A stretch of 64,000 nt of DNA from Eledone cirrhosa (GCA_964016885.1 OZ024745.1:22444001-22508000), one strand, 5' to 3'. Counted from the stretch's first letter, positions 13,186-28,935 are shown. The notes: generated by a model from the letters alone, not told the origin. Translations and numbers: made by a program.

Positions 13186-13744
13186 TATGTATGTATGTAT
13201 GTATGTATGTATGCCCGGGAGAGATGACCCCTTAGCCTTTGTCAAGGCAGAATTCTAGGAGAAGGAAAACTCTGATATAACACCTGCAACCCTGATGGTA
13301 TCCAATGATGTTGACTTGTTCTTCTTTTTGGTAAATATCATCTTGGTTAAGAGAGTGGGACTGGCTTTGTGCAGTGCCTTTGCTCACTATAAAAGCTTCA
13401 CGGCACAGGCATTGCTTTATATCTGGAGATCTCTCTGCACTTGTCGTCACATGGTACCATGGGCCCAGCACTATGTGTCAGTAATTGTCACAAGTGTAGT
13501 GTTTGTACCAGAGTTTTCAAGTCGCTGGCTGGACTAAAAAGTCACACGCGTTCAGCGCATCGGTAGGGGTTCTCCTACATGGATATAAAGTAGTGGCCGT
13601 ACTCGAAAACGAGTTGGCAGCCACCATGTATGTATGTATGTATGTATGTATGTATGTATGTATGTATGTATGTATGTATGTGTGTATGTATGTATGTATG
13701 TATGTATCACATATGTGCGTGTGTGTCTTTTTTCGACGAAATTA

Positions 13745-14135
13745 GACCATACTGGAGCAGCGCCTTTATTGCTTCATTTTCTGTAGCTGTCCCTCCTTGG
13801 TTGGCTCCTGATGCATGGGGTTTATCTGGGATCTTAGATAGCGGAATGTTGAGATGTTTCTTGAAAACCTCTACAGCCACTACAGAAAGAATTTTGACGT
13901 ATGTTTTCATCACATTAAGGAGCTGAGAACACTTGAAACTATTGCAGTATTAGATCCTAAATCTAGCGGTGGAGGATGGGATCTTTGCCATTATGCAGTG
14001 ACATCCTTTTCTTAGGTTAGTCGAGCTCTCAGTATCAGAGTTTGATGCTGTCCTTCCCATGATCTTCCGTGTGTATATCACTGCGTATCTCCCTCGTCTT
14101 CGCTCCTGGGAGTAAAATAGTTGTTCTCCGCCGGA
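13745..14135 (-). pseudogene. Degraded 3' end of a CR1/L2-group LINE ORF2
   Basis: YSQERRRGRYAVIY...YCNSF..SQLLNV...[17 protein letters not shown] resembles CR1/L2 C-terminus; stops present. Confidence 0.65.
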
Positions 14136-15215
14136 GTCTACATAGACCCAGGGCGTCCATATAATAATGTTGGAGGCCCCACAAAAATAATAGTTAATTG
14201 AGGGCCCACGATAGTATTTTTGAGGTCCATAAAAATGTTGCATTCAAAGTATGTATCTTAAGCTTTTGAGAAAGAAAACAGATTGAAAAATAACAAACAA
14301 ACAAATATAACAATTAACCAAAGCCGTTGGTCAAAAGCTTTCCCTCGGAATTAATTGAAATAAAAAATCAGAATCAACAGCACCTAGAATCAGTGGTGAT
14401 TGAGTGAAAATAATTTCATGTACATGTCCATACATACGTACTTATATATACATACATATGACCCCTATTGCTCCAATTAGTCCACAAACACTCAGCAAAC
14501 ATCCTAAACCGAAGGCCAGCCTACACCTAGGATCCCTGCCAAACTAAACCGTACTCACCCTACAAATTCGGCAAATCAAATGTGTACCGCCAATCTTCTC
14601 AATCTCAGCATACGTAACCCGATAACAACAACCACCAAATGGGGAAGACAGGCGTTATCAAGCTGTAGCTGATGATACACACCCACGACTATTGTCTCCA
14701 GAATATTTTCCCGAAAATTCCATAGACACGTGTATTGTTAACGTAGATCTCCCGTAATTTCACTGTGACACAGTTTGTGAAAAGGAGTGTTACACGGTGT
14801 GTGACAAGGCTGGAGGTTTCAGTTACGAGTAAGGCTCATTTCTTTCCCACTAAGTCGACTTCAGTAACATGAAATATATATTGCTAAAGTATACAGCCCA
14901 TCCCCGGGTATTGAGCTCATGATATTACAATTTTGAGCCGAACATCCTAACCCATAACCTACGTGATTTCACTGTGTTTAGGTAACTATACAAATAAATG
15001 CATGTCATATTGTCACAAATGTGTAGATATATTTATGGTAGTATGTATGTATGTATGTATGTAGGTATGTATGTATGTATGTATGTATGCATGTATGTAT
15101 GTATCCATGTATGTGTATCTATGTATTCATGTATGCATATGTATATATGTATGTATGTAGTAATGTATGTATGCATATGTATGTATGTATTCATTTATAT
15201 ATGCATGTATGTATA

Positions 15216-15312
<97 letters not shown>

Positions 15313-15452
15313 ACGTGTGAGTGTCTATGTATGTATATATATATGGAAGTGTGTGTGTGTGTTTTTATTTATACATACATATGTGTATGCCTACCGATTT
15401 ATTTACAAGAAATGTTGCTGGCAGAAAAAGAGCAAGGTCGAGTAAATTGGGA

Positions 15453-15536
<84 letters not shown>

Positions 15537-16036
15537 CGTGATGATGATGATGATGATGATGACGACGACTACATGGTGATTATGAGGAGGGGGGGATAAC
15601 GATAATGATTAGAAGGATGATGATGATCATCATCGTCCTTATAATGATTATGGTGGCGATGAAGGTTGTCGTTGCGGTGATGGTGATGATGATGGTTTTA
15701 GCATCAGCTAACTGCTACTGTTGCTTCGGCTGCTGCCTGTAAGTTAAAAAAGAAAAAGAGAAAGAAACAAACACTTCCCATCTGTTTGTCATTGTTGTGA
15801 TGACTCACTGCTATTGCAATTTCGAGGTGGACGTCAACTATTAACAACTAATGACGTCACATAACGACAGGGAAGGGATTTTCACGACCGACGGTGAAAG
15901 TCACGGCTGGTTACGGCGAAGTTCGGTTGAAATAAAGTTTTACAACGGCTAATTCCAGACATTTTACTCAATAATATATATATATATGTATATATATTAT
16001 ATTATATTATATTATATTATATATATAGAGAGAGAG

Positions 16037-16222
16037 AGTGGTGGATTGGCAGTATCGGTAGAGGCGTTGGACGCCATTCTTTGACGCATAGAGTTACGGC
16101 CCTTGCCATTCTGAGTTCAAATCCGGCCGAGGTTAATTTTGCCTTTCATCCTTACGGGGTCGATAAAATAAAGTACCAGTAATGTACTGGGTAATTACTG
16201 GCCTTGTGCCAAAAGTAGAAAC

Positions 16223-16226
<4 letters not shown>
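16037..16226 (+). mobile_element. tRNA-derived SINE
   Basis: Full head, B box and tail. Confidence 0.9.
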
Positions 16227-16262
<36 letters not shown>

Positions 16263-16547
16263 CCATATATATATATATACATATACATATATACAAATAT
16301 ACATATATATGTATATATATATATAATCACATATTTTTTTTATTTGTTTGACCCGAGTTACTTGGTCGTTTCTATGGCTATGCGGATGACGGTTTAAACC
16401 ATCGTCTCAGTGTGTTTGGCCTTTAACGTATGTTGTAGCTCTGGTTCGTCAGAATTATTGAGCGCTTGCCACACATCTCGGAAGTTGTTATTCGCTAATT
16501 CCAAAGCCGAAATACGATTTTCGCTAATTTATATTTATATATATATT

Positions 16548-16918
16548 TAAAAGAATCGAGGTGTAACACACGAGTTATGATATATTGGTAAAAGGAAAAG
16601 AAAATGCTGACAAATTGTTCCCAGTGAAAAATAGTTTAATTAGGAATAAGTAAAAATTAGTAATAGTATTGGTTAGTATTCAGTTTTGGTTTTAAGTTTT
16701 ACCGGTTGCGCATTTCTAATGCTTTTCAAAAATAATTTTGAGATAGAGCGCCCGTGATATTTGCTCTAATCTAACCAGATTAGAGCAAACATCACGGGCG
16801 CTCTATCTCAAAATTATTTTTGAATAGCATTAGAAATGCGCAACCAATAAAACTTAAAACCAAAACTGAATACTAACCAATACTATTACTAATTTGTCAG
16901 CATTTTCTTTTCCTTTTA

Positions 16919-16922
<4 letters not shown>
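16548..16922. repeat. Fold-back insert carrying a U3-A8 hammerhead-like motif (16696-16733, minus)
   Basis: Inverted arms around 16770-16776; UUGAAAA-GCAU..AUGC-GCAA-CCGG-UA. Confidence 0.8.
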
Positions 16923-16979
<57 letters not shown>

Positions 16980-17049
16980 CTCCCTTTTTTCTAAACGTCT
17001 CTCCACCACTCCCCCACACACCCTCGGAACTCTCTCCCCTTCACACTTT

Positions 17050-17082
17050 TCTTCTGAAGAAGGGCTTATGCCCGAAACGTCG
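17050..17082 (+). ncRNA. Minimal hammerhead core, stem I not evident
   Basis: CUGAAGA-A-GGGC(UUAU)GCCC-GAAA-CG-UC. Confidence 0.6.
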
Positions 17083-17161
17083 TTCCCCACCCACCACCCT
17101 CAACGTTTGTTTGTACTGCCTCTCTGTTTTGTTCCCGTTCCATTTTTCACTATATATATAT

Positions 17162-17197
<36 letters not shown>

Positions 17198-17230
17198 AAA
17201 ATTACAAACTTGACTGTCACCACAGAATAT

Positions 17231-17268
17231 GAAACCTGAAGATTGCGAAAGCATGAAAGTACTTGTTC
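17231..17268 (+). ncRNA. Minimal type I hammerhead
   Basis: AAC-CUGAAGA-U-UGC(GAAA)GCA-U-GAAA-GUAC-UU-GUU; palindromic AGUACU. Confidence 0.75.
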
Positions 17269-17412
17269 AATTAACACTTAACATTTAATATTCTACCATA
17301 TCATTATAATTTTAAAGGATTGTAAATAAAACGAGTAAATCAGACAAAGTTGGAATTCCTTTTATTTATATAATCTTCTATACACAATCATACACACCCG
17401 TGTATATTTATT

Positions 17413-17885
<473 letters not shown>

Positions 17886-17960
17886 ATTAAAATACTAGAG
17901 CGTGTTGGAGTTAAACACCCTCTTCGTATTATAGAAATGAAAATACTTCTTGTTGTTTTA

Positions 17961-18005
17961 ATTGCCCTGATGAGTCCTTAATAGGACGAAACATTGTTGG
18001 CTAAT
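17961..18005 (+). ncRNA. Type I hammerhead
   Basis: GCC-CUGAUGA-GUCCU(UAAU)AGGAC-GAAAC(AUU)GUU-GGC. Confidence 0.8.
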
Positions 18006-18046
18006 AAAGACTTTTGATGTATTGAAGGCTTCTTTGTTTTACTTTC

Positions 18047-18117
<71 letters not shown>

Positions 18118-18129
18118 AAATAAAATAAA

Positions 18130-18930
18130 ATAATAGTATTTATAGTTATGTATATACTATAAACAAGTATAAACATGAAAGGTCAGTAATTTCCTACTAC
18201 CTTATTACCAGTAAGAGAAATAGCTCAATGTAAGAACATCAGTCGTTTTACAGAGCAGGAAAATAAATAAATTAAACAAATGTCAAAGTTGTGTTCAAAT
18301 CATTTAATAGCTGACAATCGTTTCTTCCTAACTCTCGTTTGGAGTCATTAGAGCAATATCAATGTTTGTACATATAATTAACCTCCTATCCAACTGAACA
18401 ATAATATAGATACATATATATTGATGTTGTGAGCAACAGTTTCGTATTTACAGGGTGGAATGGATGTGACATATATTTTACGAGAATTGTACAATAATTA
18501 TACAAAAATTCAAATTAAAATTAAAAGCACAGTGGAATACATGCAACAGATAAAACAAGAGAATAGTCTAATAATTAAAGAGGCATTGAGAAATGTGTTT
18601 TGAGAAATGCCTCTTTAATTATAGGACTATTCTCTTGTTTTATCTGTTGCATGTATTCCACTCTGCTTTTAATTTGAATTTGAATTTTTGTACAATTATT
18701 GTACGATTCTCGTAAAATATATGTCACATCCATTCCACCCTGTAAATACGAAACTGTTGCGCACAACATCAATATATATGTATCTATATTATTGTTCAGT
18801 TGGATAGGAGGTTAATTATATGTACAAACATTGATATTGCTCCGATGATTCCAAACGAGAATTTGGAAGAAACAATTGTCAGCTATTAAATGATTTGAAC
18901 ACAACTTTGATAATTGTCTAATTTATTTTT
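18130..18930. repeat. Large fold-back insert (~330-bp arms), one hammerhead motif per arm
   Basis: Arms 18260-18587 / 18606-18930; motifs at 18310-18354 (-, CUAAUGA) and 18839-18883 (+, CCGAUGA), each one change from CUGAUGA. Confidence 0.9.
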
Positions 18931-18942
18931 ATATATATATAT

Positions 18943-19094
18943 ATAGGAAAATGTTTAACCCCGACGACAGAGCTCAAGCCGTTTCGACGGCTATTTCTGG
19001 ACCCAGAAATACCGTCCAAACGGCTTGAGCTCTGCCGTCGAGGTTAAACATTTTCCTATTACCCACTCTACTACCCCAACTACCCCTCCTTCGT

Positions 19095-19095
<1 letters not shown>
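18943..19095 (+). repeat. Fold-back insert of the 'GTCGAAACGGCTTGAGCTC' family
   Basis: Palindrome 18943-19059; relatives at 8125-8250, 36000-36150, 36210-36400, 60198-60258, 61075-61256. Confidence 0.85.
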
Positions 19096-19119
<24 letters not shown>

Positions 19120-19125
<6 letters not shown>

Positions 19126-19475
19126 GTGAGGTTTTTTTTACAAATTGAAAAATGACCGAGGTGTCCTACACGAGTGAAAGTATAAAGAAAAAGAGATGAA
19201 ATCGAAAATGCAACTGGAGTCTTATTTTCTTTTTAAATATATATATTTATTTGGTTCCTTTACCGGTTTCGCAGTACTTCTGCTTTTCAAAAGGTGAGTT
19301 GAGATGGTGGGTCTGTGGTTTTTCTCACATCTGATGGGAGAAAAACCACAGACCCTCCATCTCAACTCACCTTTTGAAAAGCAGAAGTACTGCGAAACCG
19401 GTAAAGGAACCAAATAAATATATATATATTTTTTTTAAATAAGACTCCAGTTGCATTTTCGATTTCATCTCATTG
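19120..19475. repeat. Fold-back insert with a U3-A8 hammerhead in both arms
   Basis: Arms ~19194-19326 / 19337-19471. Confidence 0.9.
19370..19407 (+). ncRNA. Minimal type I hammerhead, U3-A8 core variant (mirror copy 19257-19294 minus)
   Basis: CCUU-UUGAAAA-GCAG(AAGUA)CUGC-GAAA-CCGG-UA-AAGG. Confidence 0.8.
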
Positions 19476-20521
19476 CATATATATATATATATGCAATGAG
19501 ACTGTGTGCAGCTTTAGTCTAGCAAATTTCAATCACAATGTGTTGGTCAATGCGATTATAGTTAATGACACGTGTCCCAGAGACTGAGTCCAATGGCTGG
19601 ATTGCAGACATATATATACATAGGTTTTTTTCCTTTTCTTTCCACACAGAGACATATTTTTTCAAAACATATTTCCCTACAAATCCATCAGATATTTAAT
19701 ATGTGGAATTTCAAGCAGTGAAATTAGAAAACATAGAATTTTAATTTCCTCCTTTTAAAAAATAATTTCCTTAAATCCTTCTGCACACCATCGAGAGTGA
19801 TCTAATTAGATTTGTTTGAGTATTCCAAAATGGAAATTGGTGGTAAAAAATAAAACAATAAACATTTTGAAATTTTAATCGCCGATGTTTCAGATTAAAA
19901 CCAGGATAGAACAAATTTAAAAAACATTTTTACATGGCGTACTTATTCCGGTACATTTTTTTAATTTAAACAAAATATCCTTCAATATTGTTTAAAGTGT
20001 TTCCACTTACAAAATAATCTTATTACTGTTATGAGATTTATAACTCCAGTAGATTTCCTTTTGTATACAAACATATATCGTTTGTATTTGAAGTGTATAT
20101 ATAAGTATACTATATTTGGATTTGTAATTACAATTTCATCCTCAATAAATTGAAACTAAAATATATGCATCTTACATTTTTAGGAAGAAAAGCAAGAATT
20201 CTTTCAAATATAATCAAAATATATTCATACATTTCAATGTAAACGAAATATATATATACGTAAAAGCAAAAGTACTGCAGCTGTAAATCCTCAAGCCTTA
20301 ATCAGTATGACAGGTAAATAAAACATTGTAAACGGTATTTGTGAAATTAAAATCAAATCTTCAAAAATCCGAAGACCGTTCCACCAAAATTGTCGTATTC
20401 TGGCTTCGTTTCCAGTTTCGATAGTGTACCTACTCAAAAGGATATATACATACATACAAACAAACATACAAACATACAAACACACACACACACACGCGCG
20501 CCAACACAGACACACACACAA

Positions 20522-20614
<93 letters not shown>

Positions 20615-20792
20615 AAGTTTAAGCAAAGAATCCCTGCTTTCACTCTTAATGGGGGACCTTCTGAAACTTTAATCTTGCTTAAACTTTAATCTGTTATTTT
20701 AATAAATATTTGCTCTACGGTTTTATCTATTATATATATATATTATCCTTATCGAGCCCTCTTCGGATTTTAGTCTTCACATTTATTATTAT

Positions 20793-20826
<34 letters not shown>

Positions 20827-20828
<2 letters not shown>

Positions 20829-20884
20829 CATTCTGATGATTGAAAGCAACATTTTTTGCTTTTAAGAAACCACTGGTAAATGGA
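20827..20884 (+). ncRNA. Complete type I hammerhead making up most of a ~90-bp insert in (TA)n
   Basis: UUCAUU-CUGAUGA-UUGAAAGCAA(CAUUUU)UUGCUUUUAA-GAAA-CCACUGG-UA-AAUGGA. Confidence 0.85.
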
Positions 20885-20910
20885 ATAATTGCCTTATGTT
20901 GTTTATTACA

Positions 20911-21121
<211 letters not shown>

Positions 21122-21665
21122 TTGTTATTGTTTCGATCACCTTCAAAATATTTGAATTTACAGCGAATTAGAATTTCTTCATTCTTCTCTTTTACATTTT
21201 AGCCAGTTTCAGTCTTTTGTCTGCGGGGGACAATTTCCAAGTGTTCTCGCCATTTATATCGCCTTCAGTATATATTTCTATATTGTAAGTAATTTATTGT
21301 TCTCTATTTATTGGATGGCTAAGTTTCAATTTGTTGTAAATAAACGCAAATTGATGCTTTGGTTTCTACCATTATATGCAAATATAAACTTACATACACA
21401 CGCACACACACAGATGCAACATAGTTATAAACACACAGATGCAACATAGTTATACACACACAGTCAAGTATATAAGTATATATATAGTTTGTATGGTTTG
21501 TAAAACTGGTGTTAGAGTTACTGTAGTTTTATTTATTACTTTCTAAATACTGGTAAAAATACTGGTATAGAATATATATTGATTGCAAGTTTAAATTTTG
21601 ATATAGAGGGGAGTTGTGTTTTAATGGATATTTGGGTATTGTGTATATCGAGAGGATATATACAT

Positions 21666-21734
<69 letters not shown>

Positions 21735-21904
21735 ATATATATATATATGTACGTCAATACTCATCTTTTTCCATTTCTCCGAGGGTTCTTAACCCCACTA
21801 TCGGGCTAAAATAATTTCTTTAATTTCTTTAGTCAAAATACGGCGATAGCTAACATTTCTAATAATTTCAAATCCACTCGCTGTTTCGAAAATATTCTTA
21901 CTTG

Positions 21905-21951
<47 letters not shown>

Positions 21952-21962
21952 ATATATATATA

Positions 21963-22090
<128 letters not shown>

Positions 22091-22103
22091 GAGTGTGTGT
22101 GTA

Positions 22104-22699
22104 TAAATTTTTTTTAAAAAAATATTTTCTTATTTTACGTCCTTTATATTATTGTTCTGCATTCTCCTGCATTGAACCACCTAGGTACTATGACATAACC
22201 TGTGTATTTGCTGGCATGGGCGTGCATCTGTGCGCTTATGTTAGTTGATATATTAAATTATCTATATTTATCTCCAAATCACTGATTTGTCGAGCAAACT
22301 TGTCAAAACCACTTCTAAAAAAGTTTTTTTTGGGGTGTTAGTAGGCGTCAGTCATCTTACCATCCCATTCCTTCTAACTAGCTTCTGTGTCACGTGATTG
22401 ATTCTTTAGAATCGGCCATTTGACTTGAAGCAGTGAGAATATCGGTACATAGAATCCAGTCCTCGCAAGCTGTTCGATCTACCGAATTATTATTATTTTT
22501 ATATGAGCCGCCAGTGTCCGCGCATTGCCTGGAGACTTAACTGAGAATAGACTTCCTGATGACGCAATGAATTCTCGACAGTTGGATTACGTAACTGTCT
22601 TTATCCCATTGCAGAAACTAATTAGTTGGAGTGAAAATTTAAGTAAGAAAAAAATTTTTTTTAAATTTTTTTTAAAAAAATATTTTCTTATTTTACGTC

Positions 22700-22705
<6 letters not shown>
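22104..22705 (+). mobile_element. Retrozyme-like element, ~558-bp unit with terminal redundancy
   Basis: Direct repeat of TAAATTTTTTTTAAAAAAAATATTTTCTTATTTTACGTCCTTTATAT at both ends; homologue at 40451-41107. Confidence 0.75.
22551..22632 (+). ncRNA. Type I hammerhead with extended stem II
   Basis: ACUUC-CUGAUGA-C-GCAAUG[..GACAGUU/AACUGUC..]CAUUGC-A-GAAA-CUAAUUAG-UU-GGAGU. Confidence 0.8.
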
Positions 22706-22761
<56 letters not shown>

Positions 22762-22980
22762 TTAGCGAGAATCGCATTTCGGCGGGTAGAAATTTAGCGA
22801 AACGCGACTTCCGTAATGTGTAGACAAGCGTTCCATGGATATGAAGAAGATACCAGAGCTATAAACATAAGTTAAAAAGGCCATACAAACTGAGACGAAG
22901 TTTAAGAAGCCATTAACCACCAGAGCCAAATAAGCGAACAAGCTAAACGGGTCAAACAAAATAAGATATGATTGACAGTG

Positions 22981-23195
22981 GCGGACTAGGTCCAAAAGTA
23001 TTGGTTGTCAGATGAAGGGGGCCCACCTACATATAGAATGGAATGCTATCATTGAATTTTTATGATGAATAAATAACATTTTCGAAAAATATATAAGTGG
23101 AAACAAAACTGTGATTAAATTTTTCCGGAAAAATATCTTACCTTCTCCAATAAAAAAATATTATGTATTTTGCGAAATTCAGAGACTTTCAATAA
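22981..23195 (+). repeat. Dispersed repeat, second copy at 24049-24260
   Basis: Both begin CGGAYTAGGTCYAAAAGTATT..GGTTGTCAGATGAAGGGG and align for ~200 bp. Confidence 0.75.
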
Positions 23196-23202
23196 TGACC
23201 AG

Positions 23203-23622
23203 ATGTCGACCCCAAATATTACTAATAGCTCTAGGAAAGCCATGAACGACAACACATCTTTTTAACTTTGATTTTGAAAATACGTTTATAATTTTCAATT
23301 TTCATGGTACATTTGTAACTGTCTCGGTGGCCTAGTTGGGGGAATGAGAGATGGTGGTGGTCCTGGTCTGAAGTCCCGGTAATCGTTTTCAGTTTTTTTC
23401 TATTGGTTGTAAAATAAAAACTGAAAAAGGGTACATATACCTCTTGACAAGGATTGAACCCAATGTCAGAACCTCAACCGTCTCTCGTAATTACCGCTAG
23501 GCCACAGAGACAACTGATAAAGTATTGTGAAAATTCATACTTATAAACCTACTTTTACAACAAAGTGTTGTTGTGTCGTTCATGTCTTTCTTAATGTTAT
23601 TGCTCCTACTTAAGGTCGACTT
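23203..23622. mobile_element. Old palindromic MITE-like element with tRNA-like segments
   Basis: GAAAGCCATGAACGACA / TGTCGTTCATGTCTTTC and TGTCTCGGTGGCCTAG / CTAGGCCACAGAGACA inverted. Confidence 0.55.
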
Positions 23623-23835
23623 CTAAATCATTTGGGTGTTCCATAAACTGCATCACCGTTTTGTTTCTCATCTATCTTAGACTACATTTTAACCTATAAT
23701 CCATGTTTCATTTCTGTTCCACCTCATTTCTCTCCCGCCTCTCTCTCTCTCTATCTATCTATCTATCAATCTATCTATCTATCTATTTATCTATCTATCT
23801 ATAATCTATCTCTCTATCTATCTACCTATCTACTA

Positions 23836-23919
<84 letters not shown>

Positions 23920-24728
23920 TCTTTCTTTCTCTCTGTGTTATTTGAATCTACTACGATTTGGGCTTACCTTATTCCTATATATATGTTTTTGCATGTCAGT
24001 TAGATTCAAACTTAAAATGATTGGCATTATATATATATATATATATATACGGATTAGGTCTAAAAGTATTATTGGTTGTCAGATGAAGGGGCCATACGTA
24101 CATATAGAATGTTATCATTTAATTTTTATAATGAATAAACATTTTCAAAAGATACATAGTTGGAAACAAAACAGTGCATTCACATTTTTGCGAAAAAATA
24201 TCTTATCTTCTCCAATAAAAATTATTATGTATTTTCCGAAATCCAGTGGCTTTCAATAATCATCTTTGGTCTGTCACACCCACTCAATATATATATATAT
24301 ATAAATGTGTGTGTGTGTGTGCCTCTGTGTGTGTCTGTGTATGTGTGTGTGTGTGTGTCTGTATATATATTTACATGTATTTTTCTTCCTAATAATCATC
24401 TTTTTCTCCCTGTTTTCATATATATATATATATGCTTGTGTATCTGTGTCTATAAATGTATGTTTGCATGCATGAATGAATACACTAAGCCTTAGATTTA
24501 GTAGAATGTACAACCACTGATTCCAGCTATCTGCACTATCATATATTTTGATTTCTAGTAATTCCCTGTGGAATTGGTTGACCAAATGCTTTGCTTAATC
24601 GTTTTATTTATTTATTTTTTTATGTTTTTCTTTCTCTTAGATTTCAGGTAATTTTTGAAAGCAAAGCATTGTCCCCTAAAATACTAAAGTGGCCTTTGCG
24701 ATGCCATTGGGAAACCTGGCCAGTATAC

Positions 24729-24809
<81 letters not shown>

Positions 24810-26402
24810 CTTCCTTTTCAACAGACAAAAACAACAAGTGATGCTGGATTGTTGATATGATGTACTGAAATGTATAGGAATCCATGAAATGTTATAAAAT
24901 ATTTGATAAGTATCAATATGTAAATATATCTCAATTACGAATACTAAAGTTTTTGCTGGCTTTAACGGAAAGTGTGGTTTTGTTGAGTGAAGCTAAGTTT
25001 AAATGAGTTAGCAGTTAAGCCAATGTATGCGATTCGTTGGGGGGTGAATATACAATGGATTTTACAAGAAACTTTACATAATCCAGACAATAATTGTAAA
25101 TTACATGATCAGTTATTACTTATGTTAAAGCCAGAAAGATCCCATTCTTTTGTAATGTTTTAGATTATTAATTGAAGGTGAGGTTTTTGCAGCTGAATTT
25201 AATGGGTTTTTGTTTAAATATTTTTCAGTGCTTGCCTTGCAATAGGGAAATAGGTGCATACAATTTTTATAAAGATTTTGCTGATGCAGGCATTAACATT
25301 AATAGAATCTGGTGGATTAATTCACAGTATCAGTTTCCCACAAGTTTTTAGATAGATTTAAAATATTTATTTTAACTTCAACGTGCTTGTAAATTATCAT
25401 ATATGTTAGCTACATTGTTCAATGGCACTTTATCATGGGGTATTGATTAGATTATTTAGCTTAAAGTTTCTGATTTGCTATTAAGAATATAACGTAGATG
25501 ACTAGAACTGCAGTTTAATTATAATATAAATTCATTTAGATCAGGATACAACAGAGAGTTATTGTAAAAGAAAGGTTGAATCAACTTTTTTAACGTTATC
25601 ATTAATGTTAATTTTAGGGTTACTGCTCCGGGTAAATTTCAAGGTGGCGTGAAATGAGATCAAGTCCGGAACATGATTTAAAAAAGATCAAATCAGGAAG
25701 ACCATGATTGAAAAACGAACTTCTGAAACTGACGCCTTTGTCAGCTCCCATTTTTTTCTTCTTTTTGATTTTTAACCAAGGGTGGCCCTGATCGAAAGCT
25801 TTGAAATCTTTGATCATGCGTTTGTTCAATCATAAACGTTTATATCAGCTCGGCATTTAGGCCAATGTTTGTATTTTGCATTTCATACCTTACAAAGTGG
25901 AGAAAATAAATACTATCATTGTATTGTGTTCAAAATAATAGATTAAAACAAACCGCCATGAAAGCAGTGTTATGGCAGAGTGAAAGTTCATTTAATGAAA
26001 CCAGAAAAATAAAAGGATAAGGAACATTTACCTAGATACATAAATGTGTGCTGTCAACATAACTTTGTAACTAGAACAAATGTAAAACTGGCTCCGATTT
26101 ATATCATGTACCCGTTTTGGTTCCTTTTATTTTACATTTTCCAGCTGTCTGAATACATGTACATTTAATACATATTGAAAAATATAGAAAGGAGAGAAAT
26201 AGTAAAAAATAAGAGAATAATAGGATCCGGTGCAGACAGGGGCCACTGAAGTGTAGTAAAGGGAAAAAGTGAGAATAGCGTAAAACAGGCCGAGTGGTGT
26301 GATGTCTATTATATGATAGTTTCAAAAAGAAGCTGCATGACTAAGTCTTTATAAATTGAAAATAGGATATAGAGAATAGAAAAAACAACGGAAAGACATA
26401 TG

Positions 26403-26588
<186 letters not shown>

Positions 26589-28046
26589 TGTACGAGCGTG
26601 TTTGTGTATGAGTGTGCATCTGTGAGTTTGTTTGCATGTGTGTGTGTGTGCGTGTGTGCATGTGTTGGTGGGTGTGAGTATGTCTGTTGGTGTGTGTGTG
26701 CATTGTGAATTCGGTAAAATATTTTATAACTAACAGCAATTTAGTAAAATATTTTATAATTCTGTTATATCGTCTTCAATACTATCTCTTCTGCTATCAT
26801 TATCACCACCACTACAGTTATCACCCTAGTCATCACCACCACTACAGTTATCACCCTAGTCATCACCATCACTATCATTACCCTAATCATCATCATCAAC
26901 AACATCGTCATTGTATTATATTCATCAATGTTATTTTTCATCTCAATTTAATCTTCTCAAAGTTTATTTTTTTTATCGTCCTCCTCATCACCACCACAAC
27001 CACCATCATCTCCATCATCCTAATCATCATCATCATTATCATCATCACCACTCCAGCACCACAATCACCACCACAACCACCATCACTACCACCACCACAA
27101 CCACCATCACTACCACCACTACTACTAAATCACTATATCACCATTACAAACACACATAATACCACCATACCACTTTTACAAACACACACATTTCAACACT
27201 TACTATTACACATATACCCTATCACCACCATGACCGACACCACCGGCACCACTCACTCCCTCATCACCACCACCACCGCCGCCCTCTCCACCACCACCAC
27301 CACAACAACAACTAAAACCGACACCGTTATCACTTTCAAAACCACCATTTTTGTGTTTTGCTATATCAAGGTCATATTTCCACCATCACCACCGCTGTTC
27401 GTCATCACGTTCTTCACAAACAACATTGACCCAAGGGCTCTTTACCCCTACCCCCTGACACCAACATTGCCCCAACCACTATTCTACCATCCTGATCTCA
27501 TCGTTACCACTTCAATCATTGTCATAAATACTACCACCACTGGTAAAAACACCGCTATAATTACAGCAATAACACCATAAATACCAACACCAACACCAAT
27601 AACATCGCAAATACCAACACAAGCAACAACAACACCAATAACAACACCAATAACAACACCAACACCAATAACATCAGAGATACCGACACCAACACCAACA
27701 CCGACACAAATAACATCACAACCTCGGTAACTCTACCGTTAACACCGCCAATTTCAGCACTTGAACGACCGTTTGTGATGATGATATTGATGATGTTAAT
27801 ACTGTTGATGATGATGATGATGGAGTGAGTGGTGGTGGTGGTTGTGGTGGCGGTAGTGCTGGTGGGGTGGGTAGTGAGGTGGTGATGATGATGGTAACTG
27901 TGGTAGTGGTGGTGATGGTGGTGGTGATGGTTTGGGTAGCAATGATGATGTGGATGATATCGTTGATGATGGAGATGTTGGTAGTGGTGGTTGGGTGGCG
28001 ATGATGATGATGATGATGGGGATGTTGGTAGTGGTGGTTGGGTGGC

Positions 28047-28096
<50 letters not shown>

Positions 28097-28850
28097 CGAC
28101 GATGATGATGATGATGTGATGATGACGATGATGATGATGATGATGATGATGATGACGGCGATGATGATGATTAGGAAGATTAAGATGGTGATGACGTAGA
28201 TTTTCGCCATACGAATCACTTCTCTAACAATCACCGTTGAGTTTATTTGATGTCCTCGATCTTCGAATTGAGGTTTTTCTCTCTTCCCCTCCAGCCTCAC
28301 CTCCACCTCCAGCCCACCTCCCAAAAAGGAAGAAAAAAAAATCAGGAGAGTTCATCTAGCCTGAGGAAATAAATCCTTTGAGGTGGAGAGTAGCTGATGC
28401 AACGTGTGATCGCTGTAGTCAGTGGCAATGCTTTCGTCATTGTGCCGCCACGGGGCACAAGACTGAGGTGTCGTGTCTACTGCCGCTCCATCCATCCATT
28501 ATTTTTCCTTATTTATATTTTATTTCACTCTTTGTTTTTCTTTTTTTATTGCAAACATTATATAAAAAAAACTATTGAAATTTGTTGAATAAAATATCAC
28601 CGGAGAATTACAAGAGTTCACATGTACTTTATTTAAAGAAGAAGAAAAAAGCCTCACACACACACACAGACAGTTCTTTTGTTTAACACATTGGGATAGA
28701 GAGAAGCGCCATTGCTTCAATTGAGGGCTGACCTATGACCTAATATAACAATTCTTGGGAGTTTTTGTGTTGCTGATAGAATTAATACAGGTGGAGGTGG
28801 CAGCAGAAAGCAATAACAACAACAACAACAGCAAGAGTAGGATGGGGCGG

Positions 28851-28928
<78 letters not shown>

Positions 28929-28935
28929 GGTGGTG

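Noticed and set aside
15640-15770. Minus-strand splice acceptor (TTTTAACTTACAG) as a host exon
   Set aside because: All three frames stop within 11 codons; no supporting exons found
16345-16460. Minus-strand CUGACGA...GAAAC
   Set aside because: Stem I and stem II pairing too weak; at best a decayed copy
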